Assembly (NCBI GenBank): GCA_964586785.1
Contig: CAZPHS010000004.1
Location: 37,305 to 101,304, forward strand
Reading direction: 5' to 3'
DNA: 64,000 nt
Origin: an uncultured Christensenellaceae bacterium
GTDB lineage: Bacteria > Bacillota > Clostridia > Christensenellales > SZUA-584
Shown here: positions 20,138 to 28,454 of the stretch, in pieces
How positions within the stretch are numbered: position 1 is the stretch's first letter
Layout of the letters: each line of letters opens with the position of its first letter
The notes under the pieces: model-generated
What the model saw: the letters and a program-made list of their open reading frames with translations, nothing else
Database searches by the model: none
What the model was told of the DNA's origin: nothing
Made by a program: the position numbers and the translations under genes

Positions 20138-21754
20138 ATGGATATAATAACCGTATTTAAGCTTTTTGGCGGTCTCGCTTTGTTCGTTTTCGGCATGAAA
20201 ATGATGTCCGAGGGGCTGGAGCACGCCGCCGGAGACAGGCTGCGCCGCGTGCTTGAGGTTTTAACCGGCAAACGCTTCGCGGCGTTTTTAGTCGGCGCGG
20301 GAACAACGTCTTTGATACAAAGCTCTTCAGCCACAACGGTTATGGTCGTCGGCTTTGTCAACGCGGGTCTCATGACGCTGCTGCAGGCGACGGGAGTAAT
20401 AATGGGCGCCAATGTGGGCACCTGTATCACCGCGCAGATTATCGCTTTTAATCTTACCGATATCGCCCCGCTTATACTGTTTATAGGAATGTTTCTTACC
20501 GTTTTTGTTAAAAAGCGCATGATATCGCGCGTAGGCGAGATAATACTAGGGTTTGGCGTGCTGTTTGTCGGTATGGCGATTATGTCCGAAGCTATGACCC
20601 CTCTTAAAGACGACGCGGCGTTTCAAAACCTTCTTCTTAATTTCAGCAATCCTCTTATAGGCATACTCGCGGGCGCGCTTTTCACTGCGGTCATGCAAAG
20701 CTCTTCCGCGGCTATTGGCATATTGCAGGCTTTTGCCGGTCTTGGCCTTATAGGGCTTAACTCCTCCGCCTATGTGCTGCTTGGCATGAATATAGGCACG
20801 TGCATAACGGCCATACTCGCCGCCATCGGAACAAGCCAAAACTCAAAACGCGCGGCAGGCATACATTTGATGTTCAATATAGTAGGCACTCTGGTTTTTA
20901 TAGGCGCTATGGCCATAATCCCCGATATTGTCGGGTTTGTCAAATCGCTGTCGCCGGATAGTCCCAAGAGTCAAATCGCCAATTTCCACCTGCTTTTTAA
21001 TGTAAGCGTCGCCGTGTTGCTTTTCCCCTTTGCACCGCTTATGGTAAAGCTTATAAAGCGTATAATACCAGATAAGCACTCCGCCGACGAGGTGGAAAAA
21101 AGGCTTATATTTCTTGACGCGCGCATAATACAAACTCCCGCCATCGTTTTGGGCCAAACGTTAAAAGAGCTAAAGCGCCTTGGCGATATATCCGCCGATA
21201 ATATGCGGCGCGCAACAACGGCTTTTTTCGACCGAAACGAATCAAAGGCGCGCAAGGTGCTCGATGTGGAAGAAACGATTGACTACTTAACCCACCATAT
21301 AACGGATTATTTAATCGAATTCCGCGGCATGGAAATCTCGGGACATGACCTTAAAATATTGGGCAGTCTCCATCATGTGGTTATAGATATGGAGCGTATA
21401 GGAGATTTGGCTGAAAACATTGCCGAGTTCTCTATTTCCATTACTGAAAGAAAATCCAAATTCAGCGAAGAAGCCGACGGTGAGCTTCGTACAATGACGT
21501 CCAAAGCGTTGGAAACCTTGCAAAGAAGCCTTGAAGCTTTCGCGAAACGCGATAAATCCCTTCTCGCCGAGGTGGACAAGCTCGAGCAGGAAGTTGACGA
21601 TATGAAGAAACAATATATTGACAACCATATTGAACGCCTGCAAAGCAAGTTTTGCGACCCGCAGGTGGGCGTGGTGTTTACCAATATGGTTTCAACGCTT
21701 GAACGCGTCGCCGACCACGCGTTAAATATTGCGTATTCCATAGCGGGCGACTGA
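20138..21754 (+). CDS. Na/Pi cotransporter family protein with C-terminal PhoU-like repeats
   Basis: N-terminal polytopic Na_Pi_cotrans repeats (QSSSATT / QSSSAAIG) and a C-terminal pair of PhoU-like helices (ERIGDLAENIA, ERVADHALNIA). ATG at 20138 after GGAGG. Confidence 0.85.
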   Translation: MDIITVFKLFGGLALFVFGMKMMSEGLEHAAGDRLRRVLEVLTGKRFAAFLVGAGTTSLIQSSSATTVMVVGFVNAGLMTLLQATGVIMGANVGTCITAQIIAFNLTDIAPLILFIGMFLTVFVKKRMISRVGEIILGFGVLFVGMAIMSEAMTPLKDDAAFQNLLLNFSNPLIGILAGALFTAVMQSSSAAIGILQAFAGLGLIGLNSSAYVLLGMNIGTCITAILAAIGTSQNSKRAAGIHLMFNIVGTLVFIGAMAIIPDIVGFVKSLSPDSPKSQIANFHLLFNVSVAVLLFPFAPLMVKLIKRIIPDKHSADEVEKRLIFLDARIIQTPAIVLGQTLKELKRLGDISADNMRRATTAFFDRNESKARKVLDVEETIDYLTHHITDYLIEFRGMEISGHDLKILGSLHHVVIDMERIGDLAENIAEFSISITERKSKFSEEADGELRTMTSKALETLQRSLEAFAKRDKSLLAEVDKLEQEVDDMKKQYIDNHIERLQSKFCDPQVGVVFTNMVSTLERVADHALNIAYSIAGD

Positions 21755-21780
21755 TCAAAAAGCTTATAACAATATTCGCA

Positions 21781-21808
21781 AAAGACCCTTCGCGGTCTTT
21801 TTTTTTTG
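21781..21808 (+). terminator. rho-independent terminator of the Na/Pi gene
   Basis: AAAGACC-cttcgc-GGTCTTT followed by a T run. Confidence 0.75.
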
Positions 21809-21889
21809 GACAATCCATTGTCTTTACAAAGCGCGTGTTCGGCGGCTACGCCTACCGCCTTTTTCCGGATATGTCCGGCTCTCTCCACT

Positions 21890-23350
21890 TTAATCTAAAA
21901 AGCCTCCCAGCAGATATCTTTCCATACCGCCGCCGTTTTTGCCGCGCTTGCCGAAAGGCTCGCGCATATCCGTACAGCCCGCGGCGGGCTCCAACTGCCT
22001 TCTTGAGCACCAGTAGCGAAGCGCGTCCGGACTGTGGGTTATATCGTGAGGTTCGGTTGAGGCGTCCCCCGCCCGAAGCTTGTCATACCGCAGAAGGGGC
22101 AGACAGCGCAGCAAAGGCGCGCAGGTGGAAAAAATGACAAGACGGGGGCTCCCGCGCGAAACGCTTAAATATTCTTTCACGTTAAGCCACCCGTCTATAC
22201 GGCTGCTGCCGGCCTTTACAAGCGGCACGCCGTTTTGCGCGAATATCTCGGCGGCGCTGCGTCCGGTATCCTGCCTGCGGTTCCACATATCCGGCGGCGC
22301 TATATATTCCTCCACATTCTCGCACTGCGATTTTTTTATAACCTCTGCCGCTTCGGACACGGTCAAATCGGCGCGTTCTATGCTTCGGTAGCAATATGCC
22401 CGTCCGTCCTCGTCCACCGCGAACCAAAGCACCGCCAGCATATCAAGCCCGTAGTCAAGCGCGGCGCTTTTTCTCCAGCCGGGAGGCAGCGCGAAAGGCT
22501 CCGTTACGTGCGCTTTTTCGCTAAACTCACTGAAAAACTGTCCGGCAAACACATTCCAGTCACCGTCAAGCCACGCGCGCCGCAGCATAGTCGGGAAGCT
22601 TTGTAGCTGCCTTATATAATCGGCTCCCCGCATGGCACGCTCGTGAAGGGCTGTTTTTGAAAGCGTTCCGCCGTACTTTTTTTTAAGCTTGGCATACGTT
22701 TGCCTGTATCCCTCGTCGGACTCAAAAAGAGGCGCGTTATCATATACGCGCGCCTGTATAAAAACGTAATCGCGTCCGTTCTCGCCTCTCTTATAGTCCC
22801 TGTCTATAAAAAGCCGTTTTACCCACGCGTGACCTACGCCGCCCGGATTGCATGTTATATACGTGCGTTTTGGGTAGCCGCCGGTGCCCCTAACGCACGC
22901 GCAAAGCCAGGAAAACTGGTATTCCGTAAGCTGCGTCGCCTCATCTAAAAAGATTACGTCGTATTCCTGCCCCTGGTATTGAAGCACGTCGCCCTCGTCG
23001 CTGCAATAACCAAGTTTTATGCGCGAACCCCAAGGAAAAGTAAACGCCTTCTCCCCCTCGTTATATTTAGGCTGATAATGCGGCGGCAAATACGAATAAA
23101 CGGCCTTAAGCCGTTTCGTATGGTTTTCGTGCAGCTCCGGAAATGTACGCCGCACTATAAGCATCTGTATGCCGGGATAATAAAAAGCAAGGTACGTCGC
23201 TTTGGCGCGTATGGCGTGAGACTTTCCGCCTCCCTTTGCCCCGCCGTATCCTACAAACCGAGCACTCGCCAAAAGAAAAGCCTCCTGCTTTTTGGTCGGC
23301 TTCCCAAAAGCGCGCAGCAATATATTGTCTAAACCCATATTTTTTATCAT
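21890..23350 (-). CDS. phage terminase large subunit
   Basis: Walker A GGAKGGGKSH, Walker B DVIFLDEATQ and a C-terminal RNaseH-like nuclease with acidic motifs AALDYGLDM and HSPDALRY. The frame is intact at 486 aa. Confidence 0.85.
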   Translation of the reverse strand: MIKNMGLDNILLRAFGKPTKKQEAFLLASARFVGYGGAKGGGKSHAIRAKATYLAFYYPGIQMLIVRRTFPELHENHTKRLKAVYSYLPPHYQPKYNEGEKAFTFPWGSRIKLGYCSDEGDVLQYQGQEYDVIFLDEATQLTEYQFSWLCACVRGTGGYPKRTYITCNPGGVGHAWVKRLFIDRDYKRGENGRDYVFIQARVYDNAPLFESDEGYRQTYAKLKKKYGGTLSKTALHERAMRGADYIRQLQSFPTMLRRAWLDGDWNVFAGQFFSEFSEKAHVTEPFALPPGWRKSAALDYGLDMLAVLWFAVDEDGRAYCYRSIERADLTVSEAAEVIKKSQCENVEEYIAPPDMWNRRQDTGRSAAEIFAQNGVPLVKAGSSRIDGWLNVKEYLSVSRGSPRLVIFSTCAPLLRCLPLLRYDKLRAGDASTEPHDITHSPDALRYWCSRRQLEPAAGCTDMREPFGKRGKNGGGMERYLLGGFLD

Positions 23351-23376
23351 ATAAAAAAGCGCCCGTTTAAGGCGCT
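23351..23376 (-). terminator. rho-independent terminator after the ferredoxin gene, abutting the terL start codon
   Basis: Minus strand reads AGCGCC-ttaaacg-GGCGCT followed by TTTTTTAT and then the terL ATG. Confidence 0.65.
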
Positions 23377-23392
23377 TGCACTCCTTTTATAA

Positions 23393-23584
23393 TTAATCCT
23401 CAATACGTATCACTTCCACCGGACAGCCCTCGGCTGCCTCGGCCGCGCTGTCTTCCGATTCTTTGGGTATCTGCTCCGTTATCGTTTCCGCGGGGCCGTC
23501 GTCTCCCATACGGAAAACCTCGGGGCATACGTCCGCGCATAACCCGCACAATATACACCCGTCCCTGTCTATTATCGCTCTCAT
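23393..23584 (-). CDS. small [4Fe-4S]/[3Fe-4S] ferredoxin
   Basis: 63 aa with CILCGLCADVCP ... CP cluster motifs. Strong RBS GGGGAGGGGAAGG. Confidence 0.8.
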   Translation of the reverse strand: MRAIIDRDGCILCGLCADVCPEVFRMGDDGPAETITEQIPKESEDSAAEAAEGCPVEVIRIED

Positions 23585-23648
23585 ACCTTCCCCTCCCCTG
23601 CAGTCAAATTACTGGTAGTATTTCCTTTTGGCGTTTTGCTATTCACCG

Positions 23649-24089
23649 CTACCGCGCATATTTTTTTATACTTCCCAAATCAAAAGGAGGCATCGCGCGG
23701 GGACGGCAATCATCTCCCAATGCGCCCGTTATTTCAAGCTGTTTTAAACACAGCGAAGACGGTCTCTCGCTCTCCTCCCAATAGCGCTGAAGATGCAGCA
23801 AGCCCATTTGAGCGCACGCGGCAAGCCGCGGGTTGGGGACTGCGCAGCCAATATCCTCAATTCTAAAGTATCCTTCGCGCCAAAGATTAAGTCTTTCGCG
23901 CGTTATGCCAAGAGCGATGCACAAACCCGCGATACTGTATTTTCCCGCGTCGGCCGCGTCCTTAAGGTACGTATTAATCCGTTCGGCTATATTCTGTATA
24001 TCAACGTCCCAAGCCCCGTTTGCCTCAATCGTGTAATCGGTTTTTTCCTTTAAGCGGATACCGCTTATCCGGCTGTTTTGCTTTGCCAT
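23649..24089 (-). CDS. phage terminase small subunit (gp3/HTH-type)
   Basis: The segment YSIAGLCIALGITRERLNLWREGY resembles the HTH of small terminase/DNA-packaging gp3 proteins. Start at MAKQ with an AAGGAGA RBS. Positioned upstream of terL. Confidence 0.55.
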   Translation of the reverse strand: MAKQNSRISGIRLKEKTDYTIEANGAWDVDIQNIAERINTYLKDAADAGKYSIAGLCIALGITRERLNLWREGYFRIEDIGCAVPNPRLAACAQMGLLHLQRYWEESERPSSLCLKQLEITGALGDDCRPRAMPPFDLGSIKKYAR

Positions 24090-24263
24090 ACAAGTCTCCT
24101 TAAAACACAATCGCTGATAAAAGCTTAAATCAAAAACAAACTCCGCATCGCTCAAAAAAACAACGGGCTCTTGTTCTCACAAAAGCGCAAATATGGTATA
24201 CTTATAACATGCTTTTTTGCAGCGCAATAAATCCGCGTCCGCGGATTACGGAAGGAAGCTTAT

Positions 24264-25196
24264 TTGTCAGTTATCACTATATCAAGGCAGCAATGCAGCT
24301 TTGGAAACGAAATAGCCGCCTCACTGGCTCAAAAACTCGGGTTTTCGCTTATAACTCATGAAACGCTGCTTTCAGAATTTTTCGGGGACGCAAGCGCGCA
24401 CGAGCGTCACATGCTCACCGAAAGCGCCAAATTCTATTTAACGGAGAAAAATACCGGCATTACCTACTTGAGTCTTCTTATAAACAGGCTGCGCGAATAC
24501 ACGCAAAAAAACGATTGCGTTATGGTTGGGTTTGGCTCTCAGTCCATATTCGCCGGCGATAAAGACGCTTTGCACGTTAGGGTTTTCGCGCCCGACAATT
24601 TAAGATTAGAGCGGCTTAGGCGGCAGTACCGCGTATCCGAGCAACAAGCTTTAAAAATACTTGAAAAAACGGACAGGAAACAAAAAAGGTTTGTTTCCGC
24701 GCTGTTTGGCATATCCATAGCGGATGTCTCCCATTATCATATTATGCTCAACACCTGTATGCTTACCGTTGACGAGTGCGTAGCCGCCGTTATGGCCATG
24801 CACAGCCAGCGCGCCGTTATAGAGCGCATAGAAAACGAAACACAAAAGGGTGCGGCGCAGTGCCATCTTTCCGACGTCGCGCTGCTTAAAAACAAGTCCG
24901 AAGCAGAATTCGCCCGCCTTCTTGATATGTACCATATCGACTGGATTTACGAGCCTAAAACATTTCCGGTGGAATGGGACGCTTCCGGAAACGTAACTTC
25001 CGCGTTCAGTCCGGATTTTTATCTGCCCAAGTTTGACACGTATATTGAACTGACAACTATGAATCAAAAATATGTAACCGAAAAAAATAAAAAAGTTAAA
25101 AAGCTGCGCGAGCTTTATCCCGGCATCAATATAAAAATTGTTTATAAAAAAGATTTTCATTCCCTGCTCGGCCGCTTTTTTCCTAACGGAGAATAA
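24264..25196 (+). CDS. cytidylate-kinase-like family domain fused to a C-terminal PD-(D/E)xK-like domain
   Basis: The N-terminus ITISRQQCSFGNEIAASLAQKLGF resembles Cytidylate_kin2 with a degenerate P-loop. The C-terminus reads EAEFARLLDMYHIDWIYEPKTF...FSPDFYLPKFDTYIELTT. TTG start after GGAAGGAAG. Confidence 0.55.
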   Translation: MSVITISRQQCSFGNEIAASLAQKLGFSLITHETLLSEFFGDASAHERHMLTESAKFYLTEKNTGITYLSLLINRLREYTQKNDCVMVGFGSQSIFAGDKDALHVRVFAPDNLRLERLRRQYRVSEQQALKILEKTDRKQKRFVSALFGISIADVSHYHIMLNTCMLTVDECVAAVMAMHSQRAVIERIENETQKGAAQCHLSDVALLKNKSEAEFARLLDMYHIDWIYEPKTFPVEWDASGNVTSAFSPDFYLPKFDTYIELTTMNQKYVTEKNKKVKKLRELYPGINIKIVYKKDFHSLLGRFFPNGE

Positions 25197-25198
25197 AT

Positions 25199-25729
25199 AT
25201 GAACAGGCCGTATTACAAAAAAATAGCGTTCACGGAGCTGCAGCTAAAATCCCGCGCCGTGGAATTGGGCAATGATATATCAAAAGACTACGAAGGAAAA
25301 GAACTTGTTCTAATCGCGCTGCTAAAAGGTTCTCTTTATTTCTGCGCGGACTTAACACGCGCCATTTCCGTACCTTTAATGATAGATTTTATGTCCATAG
25401 GCGTTTACGCCTCCAACCAGTCGGGCATTGTGCGCATAACCAAAGACCTGGACATAGACATAACGGGCAAACACGTGCTGATAATAGAAGATATCGTCCG
25501 CACCGGCTTAACTTTAGGATACTTAGTGCAAAACCTTGAGGCGCGCCGGCCGGCAAGCGTTAAGGTATGCGCTTTATTTGTTAATCCAAACCAGCAGCTT
25601 ATAGACGTGCCGCTTGCATATACGGGTTTTACCGTGGCAAACGAATGGCTTATGGGCTACGGCATGGACGCGGGCGAAAAATGGCGCAACCTGCCATACG
25701 TTGTGGAAATCGAAAAAGGCATGAGCTGA
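25199..25729 (+). CDS. hpt: hypoxanthine phosphoribosyltransferase
   Basis: 176 aa with PRPP-binding motif VLIIEDIVRTGLT. Confidence 0.9.
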   Translation: MNRPYYKKIAFTELQLKSRAVELGNDISKDYEGKELVLIALLKGSLYFCADLTRAISVPLMIDFMSIGVYASNQSGIVRITKDLDIDITGKHVLIIEDIVRTGLTLGYLVQNLEARRPASVKVCALFVNPNQQLIDVPLAYTGFTVANEWLMGYGMDAGEKWRNLPYVVEIEKGMS

Positions 25730-26434
25730 TTTTGCCGCCGCGCCGAATGCGCTCTTTCGCGCGGTTTGCGAAACTCATACAGTCTTATCCGTGATTATTT
25801 TTGGAATATAAAGAAGCTCCAGCGAACCCTCATTCAAGCGCTTGCCTTAGCGTCAACTCATTGTGCAAATTTTTCAAGCTTTCCGCCGCCGGCCCTGAAT
25901 CTATCAAATCCATCTCTGCCGCGGCCTGCGCGTCCGTTTATGCTTTGGCCTTCGCCTCAGACATCACTTTTGCGCATACCCGCTTTTAAGACTTCTTTTC
26001 AAAACCCTTGCCCGCGTGTCCGGCCTGCTCCAAGCTACATCGCCTAGCTTTCGCTCTGCTTTTGCCTGTCGCATTTGCCCACCGCACTAAAGTGCGTCGA
26101 CTCTCCGCTAGAGGTTAGAAGCGCTCCCCTTCGGTATTCCCTGGAGCGTACGAGTACTATAACACATTGTATCTGCATACACAACCCTTAAAATCCGCCA
26201 CAAAACGTCGATACGCGTCAACCTCGTACACAACGTCCCTAAAATCCCCTATTATCTTTCGCTATCTGAAATCTTCGCTGTATTTCGCTGTTATCCATTA
26301 TTATCTGTCACAATAAATAGAATTACGTATTTTTTATAAATTATAAAAAGGAATTGGGCATAGCGGTTTAGAATATATAATATGCGTATACGAATTTATC
26401 GATACGCGTTAATAAAATTTTAAGGAGAATACAT

Positions 26435-26920
26435 ATGCCAGGATACTATGGTTACTACAATCCGCTTGAGTCTATTAACACTATAATGTTGGTCTGTTTC
26501 ATACTTTCGCTTATATCGGCGATAGTGCTTCTTGCGGCGTTCTTGCCCAAAAGCAAACAGAACCGTTACTCCGGTTTTACGAAATCTGTTTATAACTTTT
26601 TAAACTTCCAATCTTTTTGGATCTCGCCCATAATAAAGCTGATGTACATGACGCTGGCCTTTACTTTGGTGCTGTCGGGTCTTATCATTTTATTTATCTT
26701 GCCCCTTTACGGACTGATACTTTTGGTTGCCGGCATACTCATCCGTCTGTTTTTTGAGACAGGCTATATATTGTATGCCATACTCGATCAGCTTAAAATA
26801 CTAAACGGCAAATCCACTGTACCAAAACCCTTTGCCGCCGCGCCCCCTATATGCCCTAATTGCGGAAAACCCGCAAACGCGGGCGAATCGTTTTGCAATG
26901 GCTGCGGCACAAAGATATAG
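26435..26920 (+). CDS. membrane protein with C-terminal zinc ribbon
   Basis: Three or four TM helices, then CPNCGKPANAGESFCNGCGTKI. RBS AAGGAG. Confidence 0.65.
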   Translation: MPGYYGYYNPLESINTIMLVCFILSLISAIVLLAAFLPKSKQNRYSGFTKSVYNFLNFQSFWISPIIKLMYMTLAFTLVLSGLIILFILPLYGLILLVAGILIRLFFETGYILYAILDQLKILNGKSTVPKPFAAAPPICPNCGKPANAGESFCNGCGTKI

Positions 26921-27114
26921 TTTTTATATGATTTAAAGAGACGGCATAGATGTTTGTATATAAATGCCGTATCTGCGCATAATAAAAATAAGAGGTGGAA
27001 AAGGAAATGTTTTTACATGGACTTGACTTCTCGCACAGTAATCCGGATATAAATGATGCTTTGTTTAGTCCGGGCGACTGAATGCCTTCAAACGCTGTAT
27101 GCTTTTGGAGGGAT

Positions 27115-27146
27115 AGAACGGGCCTGGCGCCCGTTCTGTTTTTTTG
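27115..27146 (+). terminator. rho-independent terminator with no annotated gene upstream
   Basis: AGAACGGGC-ctggc-GCCCGTTCT followed by GTTTTTTT. Confidence 0.7.
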
Positions 27147-27270
27147 GCGTAAAATTACACCCAACGCAGGGCAGCCCTCCTGACTTAAGCCCGTCATTTT
27201 CTTTATCAGCGGGTGAACCCGAGTTAAATGACCGCTACCAGCTACAACCATAAAAAACCACAAAAAAATA

Positions 27271-27300
27271 TTGACTAGTCCCCCGACTATATTGTATATA
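27271..27300 (+). promoter_or_regulatory. sigma-A-type promoter for the 64-aa zinc-ribbon gene
   Basis: TTGACT followed 17-18 nt later by a TGTATATA region. Confidence 0.45.
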
Positions 27301-27344
27301 GTATATAAGTCTACACTTATCCAAACAATTCAGGAGGTTTTTTT

Positions 27345-27539
27345 ATGGCACTTATTAAATGTCCCGAATGTAATAACGACATATCAAGTGAAGCTATCGC
27401 CTGTCCGCACTGCGGGAAAACGCTCGCAAAAGGAAAACACTGCCCGATGTGTTCTTCGTTCGATGTGGGCAGGATCGGGGTTTCGTTTCAGAAATTCCCG
27501 AAAACATATAAATGCAAGACATGCGGGTATAAATGGTAA
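27345..27539 (+). CDS. small double zinc-ribbon protein
   Basis: 64 aa with CPECN...CPHCG and CPMC...CKTCG pairs. RBS AGGAGG. Confidence 0.7.
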   Translation: MALIKCPECNNDISSEAIACPHCGKTLAKGKHCPMCSSFDVGRIGVSFQKFPKTYKCKTCGYKW

Positions 27540-27555
27540 ACTGTGTCAAGTATTA

Positions 27556-27593
27556 AACACTCCGGTGCAAAGGCCACTTTGCTCCGGAGTGTT
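27556..27593. terminator. hairpin between convergent genes
   Basis: AACACTCCGG - 18 nt - CCGGAGTGTT followed by TTAT. Confidence 0.55.
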
Positions 27594-27623
27594 TTATGCA
27601 AAGCTTCCGCTTTCCCGGCTTAA

Positions 27624-28454
27624 CTAAAACGCTATTATTATTCCGCCTTCGTTGGCGTACATGCCAGTTAATCCATGCGTCGGCGCAATAACAATATCCT
27701 TAAAACAATATTTTTCCTCTATAATTTCTATTAATCTGGCCGCCTTTTCCGCCGCGTTGCAATGCGTTATTGCCAATATACGTTCTTTTGTGTCTTTATA
27801 CACTTCTCCGATTGTGTCAGCCAGCTTTTTAATTGAGTTGTTTGAACCCCTTACCCTTGAAAACAAGGCTATCTCTCCGTTTTCATCCCCTTTTAATATA
27901 GGCCGGATATTTAATACCTCCGCGATTATACCGGCGACCTTGCTCATCCTGCCGTTTTTTATCAGGTTTTCCAAGCTGTCAAGCACAAAAAAAGTCTTCA
28001 TTTTGTCTATAAAATGTTCTATTTTATTTATTATATCCGCCTTTTCAATTCCGGCGTTTATCAGTTCCTTAAGCTTTTTAACTATAAGCAATTGCCCCGC
28101 CGAAGCGCTTTTCGAGTCAAACACATACGATTCGATTCCTTGCTCCAAAAGCATTCCTTTGGCTATATTGGCGCTGCCGTAGGAACCCGATAGCTTTGAC
28201 GAAAGCGTAACAATAAAATTTATAACCCCTTTGCTGCACCTGTCGATAAAATCCTGCGGCGAAGGACAGGATGATTTAGGCTGGCCTTTATACTCATGCA
28301 TTTGTGATAGAAAATCATCGGCGTCCAACGTATCGTTATCAACAAACGTTTTGTTCCCCAAAATCATTGAAAGCGGCACTATTTCCACACCCAGCTCTTT
28401 CTTAAGCTCCAAGGTTACGTCACATCCGCTGTCCGCCACTATTTTATAATTCAT
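27624..28454 (-). CDS. DegV family fatty-acid-binding protein
   Basis: MNYKIVADSGCD N-terminus and ~277 aa, typical of DegV. Internal Met chosen (GAGGGCGG RBS). Confidence 0.85.
   Translation of the reverse strand: MNYKIVADSGCDVTLELKKELGVEIVPLSMILGNKTFVDNDTLDADDFLSQMHEYKGQPKSSCPSPQDFIDRCSKGVINFIVTLSSKLSGSYGSANIAKGMLLEQGIESYVFDSKSASAGQLLIVKKLKELINAGIEKADIINKIEHFIDKMKTFFVLDSLENLIKNGRMSKVAGIIAEVLNIRPILKGDENGEIALFSRVRGSNNSIKKLADTIGEVYKDTKERILAITHCNAAEKAARLIEIIEEKYCFKDIVIAPTHGLTGMYANEGGIIIAF

Larger units (their letters stand above)
21890..24089 (-). mobile_element. prophage remnant: DNA-packaging module only (terS - ferredoxin - terL)
   Basis: Small and large terminase genes with a ferredoxin gene between them. 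No portal, capsid, integrase or lysis genes on either side. Confidence 0.5.

Noticed and set aside
21763-21771. 9-bp direct repeat CTTATAACA at 21763-21771 and 24211-24219 flanking the terS-fdx-terL segment (possible att remnants)
   Set aside because: The word is short and AT-rich, with a chance probability of a few percent. The left copy lies between the Na/Pi gene stop codon and its own terminator, an implausible insertion junction. No integrase is present.
25740-26300. Tested whether the ORF-free region is tmRNA, RNase P RNA or SRP RNA
   Set aside because: The minus strand has GGGGAGCG and a GAGUCGAC reminiscent of a tmRNA 5' end. However, there is no matching 3' acceptor strand (no GCUCCCCACCA), no proper T-arm (GAGGGUUCGCUGG cannot pair) and no ...ALAA-stop tag frame. 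The RNase P GAGGAAAGUCC and the SRP GGAAGCAGC cores are absent on both strands.
26856-27263. 135-aa minus-strand ORF in the gap between the two zinc-ribbon genes
   Set aside because: It has no RBS and a non-protein-like composition. It runs antisense through a strong plus-strand terminator and through the end of the 26435 gene.
27215-27270. CAGCUACAACCAUAAAAAACCACAAAAAAA resembles the loop and A-rich tail of a preQ1-I riboswitch
   Set aside because: No 5-bp P1 helix can be drawn around it. The best promoter for the downstream gene (27271) lies after it. The downstream gene is a zinc-ribbon protein with no queuosine link.
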